This document shows positions 60,495-64,000 of a DNA stretch of 64,000 bases, in pieces. Under the pieces are notes generated by a model. It was given only the letters and a program-made list of their open reading frames with translations. It had not been told where the DNA came from and searched no databases. The position numbers and the translations under genes are program-made. The DNA is from the human T2T-CHM13v2.0 reference genome, Homo sapiens: NCBI RefSeq assembly GCF_009914755.1, contig NC_060936.1. The stretch is one strand, 5' to 3'. How positions within the stretch are numbered: the stretch's first letter is position 1; every line of letters starts with the position of its first letter.

Positions 60495-63400
60495 GGCTTC
60501 CAGGGAAGGAATAGGCAGCAATCTTGGCTGTTCTGCAGCCTCCACTGGTGATACCCAGGCAAACAGGATCTGGAGTAGACCTCCAGCAAACTCTAGCAAA
60601 CATGCAGTAGAGGGGCCTGACTGTTAGAAGGAAAACTAACAAACAGAAGGAAATAGCATTAACATCAACAAAAAGGACATCCACTCAGAAACCCCATCCG
60701 AAGATCACCAATGTCAAAGACCAAAGGTAGATAAATCCATGAAGTTGCTGAAAAATCAGTGCAAAATGGCTGAAAATTCCAAAAGCCAGAATGCCTCTTC
60801 TCCTCCAAAGAATCACAACTCCTCGCCAGCAAGTGAACAAAACTGGACAAAGAATAAGTTTGACAAATTGACAGAAGTAGGCTTCAGAAGTTGGGTAATA
60901 ACAAACTCCTCCGAGCTAAAGGAGCATGTTCTAATCTGTGGCAAAGAAGGTAAGACCTTGAAAAAAGGTTAGAGGAATTGCTAACTAGAATAGCCAGTTT
61001 ACAGAACATAAATGGCCAGATGGAGCTGAAAAACACAGCATGAGAACTTTGTGAAGCATACACAAGTATCAATAGCTGAATCAATCAAGTGGCAGAAAGG
61101 ATATCAGAGATTGAAGATCAACAATGAAATAAAGCATGAAGACAAGATTAGAGATAATAGAATAAACAAGAATTAACAAATCCTCCAAGAAATGTGGGAC
61201 TATGTGAAAAGACCAAACCTACATTTGATTGGTGCACCTGAAAGTGATTGGGAGAATGGAACCAAGTTGGAAAACACTCTTCAGGATATTATCCAGGAGA
61301 ACTTCCCCAATCTAGCAAGAGAGGCCAACATTCAAATTCAGGAAATACAGAGAACACGACAAAGATACTCCTTGAGAAGAACAACCCCAAGACATATAAT
61401 CTTGAGATTCACCAAGATTGAAATGAAGGAAAAAATGTTAAGGGCAGCCAGACAGAAAGGTCGGGTTACCCACAAATGGAAGCCCATCAGACCAACAGTG
61501 GATCTTTCTGCAGAAACCCTACAAGCCAGAAGAGAGTGGGGGCCACTATTAAACATTTTTAAAGAAAAGAATTTTCAACCCAGAATTTCATACCCAGACT
61601 AAGCTTTAGAAGCAAAGGAGAAATAACATTCTTTACAGACAAGCAAATGCTGAGAGATATTGTTACCACCAGGCCTGCCTTAGAAGAGCTCTTGAAGGAA
61701 GCACTAAGTATTTAAAGGAAAAACCAGTACCAGCCACTGAAAAAACATACCAAATTGTAAAAGCCATCAACACTATGAAGAAACTGCATCAACTAACAGG
61801 CAAAAGAACACAAGCTAGCATCATAATGACAGAATCAAATTCACACATAACAATATTAACTTTAAATGTAAATTGGATAAATGCCCCAATTAAAAGACAT
61901 AGACTGGCAAATTGGATAAAGAGTCAAGACCCATTGGTGTGCTGTATTCAGGAGAACCATCTCATGTGCAAAGACACACATAGGCTCAGAATAAAGGGAT
62001 GGAGGAAGATCTACCAAGCAAATGGAAAGCAAAAAAAGCAGGGGTTGCAATCCTAGTTTCTGATAAAATAGACTTTAAACCAACAAAGATCAAAAGAGAC
62101 AAAGAAGGGCATTACATAATGGTAAAGGAATCAATGCAAAAAGAAGAGCTATCCTAAATATATATATGCACCCAATACAGGAGCACCCAGATTCATAAAG
62201 CAAGTTCTTAGAGAACTACAAAGAGACTTAGACTCCCACACAATAAGAGTGGGAGACATTAAAACCCCACTGTCAATATTAGGCAGGTTAACGAGACAGA
62301 AAATTAACAAGGATATTCAGAACTTGAACTCAGCTCTGGACCAAGTGGACCTAATAGACATCTACAGAACTCTCCATCACAAATCAACAGAATGTACATT
62401 CTTCTAAGCACCACATTGCACTTAGTCTAAAATTGACCACATAATTGGAAGTAAAACACTCCTCAGCAAATGCAAAAGAATGGAAATCATAACAGTCTCT
62501 CAGACCACAGTGCAAACAAATTAGAACTCAGTATTAAGAAACTCACTCAAAAGCACACAACTGCATGGAAACTGAACAACATGTTCCTGAATGACATTTT
62601 GGGAAAATAACAAAATGAAGTCAGAAATAAATAAGTTATTTGAAACCAAGGAGAAGAAAGATACAATGTACCAGAACCCTTGGGACACAGCTAAAGCAGT
62701 GTTTACAGGAAAATTAATCGCACTAAATGCCCACAAGGGAAAGCAGGAAAGATCTAAAATTCACACCCTAACACCACAATTGAAAGAACTTGAGAAGCAA
62801 GAGCAAACAAATTCAAAAGCTAGCAGAAGACAAGAAATAACTAAGATCAGAGCAAAACTGAAGGAGATAGAAACATGAAAAACCCTTCAAAAAATCAGTG
62901 AATCCAGGAGTTGGTTTTTGAAAAGATCAACAAAATAGATAGACGAGTTGCCAGACTAATAAACATGAAAAAAGAGAAGAATCAAATAGACACAATAAAA
63001 AATGATAAGGGGGATATCACCACTGATCTCACAGAAATACGAACTACCATGAGAGAATACTATAAACACCTCTACACACATAAACTAGAAAATCTAGAAG
63101 AAATGGATATATTCCTGGACAGAGGCACCCTCCCAAGTCTAAACCAGGAAGAAGTCAAATCTCTGAATAGAACAATAACATGTTCTGAAATTGAAGAAGT
63201 TATTAATAGCCTACCAACCAAAAAAAGCCCAGGACCAGATGGATTCACAGCCGAATTCTACCAGAGGTACAAAAAGGAGCTGGTACCATTCCTTCTGAAA
63301 CTATTCTAAACAATAGAAAAGAGGGACTCCTCCCTAACTCATTTTATGAGGCCAGCATCATCCTGATACCAAAACCTGGCAGACACACAACAAAAAAAGA

Positions 63401-64000
63401 AAATTTCAGGCCAATATCCCTGATGAATATTGGTGCGAAACTCCTCAATAAAATACTGGCAAACCGAATCCAGCAGCACATCAAAAAGCTTATCCACCAC
63501 GATCAAGTCGGCTTCATCCCTGGGATGCAAGGCTTGTTCAATATATGCACATCACTAAATGTAATCCATCACATAAACAGAACCAATGACAAAAACCACA
63601 TGATTATCTCAATAGATGCAGAAAAGGCCTTAGACAAAATTCAACACCCCTTCATGCTAAAAACTGTCAGTAAGCTAGGTAGTGACAGAATGTATCTCAA
63701 AATAATAAGAGCTATTTATGACAAACTCACAGACAATATCATGCTGAATGAACAAAAGCTGGAAGCATTCCCTTTGAAAACCAGCACAAGACAAGGATGA
63801 CCTCTCTCACCACTCCTATTCAACATAGTATTGGAAGTTCTCGCCAGGGTAATCAGACAAGAGAAAGAAAGAAAGTGTATTCAAATAGGAAGAGAGAAAG
63901 TCAGATTGTCTCTATTTGCAGATGACATGATTTTATATTTAGCAAACCCCCTTGTCTCAGCCCAAAATCTCCTTAAACTGATAAGCAACTTCAGCAAACT
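60495..64000 (+). mobile_element. L1PA (L1PA7/8-like): partial 5' UTR, disrupted ORF1 (~60745-61760) and ORF2 (from 61826), running past the window end
   Basis: ORF1 MWDYVKRPNL...FQPRISYP. ORF2 MTESNSHITILTLNVN..., [27 protein letters not shown], and FADD near 63915. Multiple stops. Confidence 0.96.

Noticed and set aside
60739-64000. Active L1
   Set aside because: ORF1 start is mutated, ORF1 and ORF2 are broken by stops and frameshifts, and most of the 5' UTR is missing.

Overview
Primate genomic DNA, almost certainly human chr12p12. The window holds the 3' end of SLCO1B3 (OATP1B3, liver organic anion transporter) on the + strand: the last three coding exons (7027-7091, 9941-10058, 24578-24821), all with AG/GT splice sites and a continuous frame ending ...MQDNAAAN*, then an AT-rich 3' UTR with several AATAAA signals. 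Most of the rest is decayed transposable elements: two full-length MaLR elements with 5-bp TSDs, many Alus, long antisense L1 relics, two DNA-transposon MITEs, a solo ERV1 LTR, a mosaic LTR2/Harlequin provirus lacking its 3' LTR, an LTR9/HUERS-P3-like provirus cut by an L1PA, and that L1PA running off the window. Almost all entries in the ORF track are repeat-derived or chance ORFs. I found no evidence for a new multi-gene system. The most interesting signals are splicing options in SLCO1B3 (NAGNAG acceptors, an in-frame exon pair flanked by direct MaLR repeats), local templated-insertion scars, and a strong antisense bias of retroelements that continues beyond the polyA site. Repeat subfamily names and cDNA/variant numbering are from memory and need RepeatMasker/Dfam and dbSNP confirmation.
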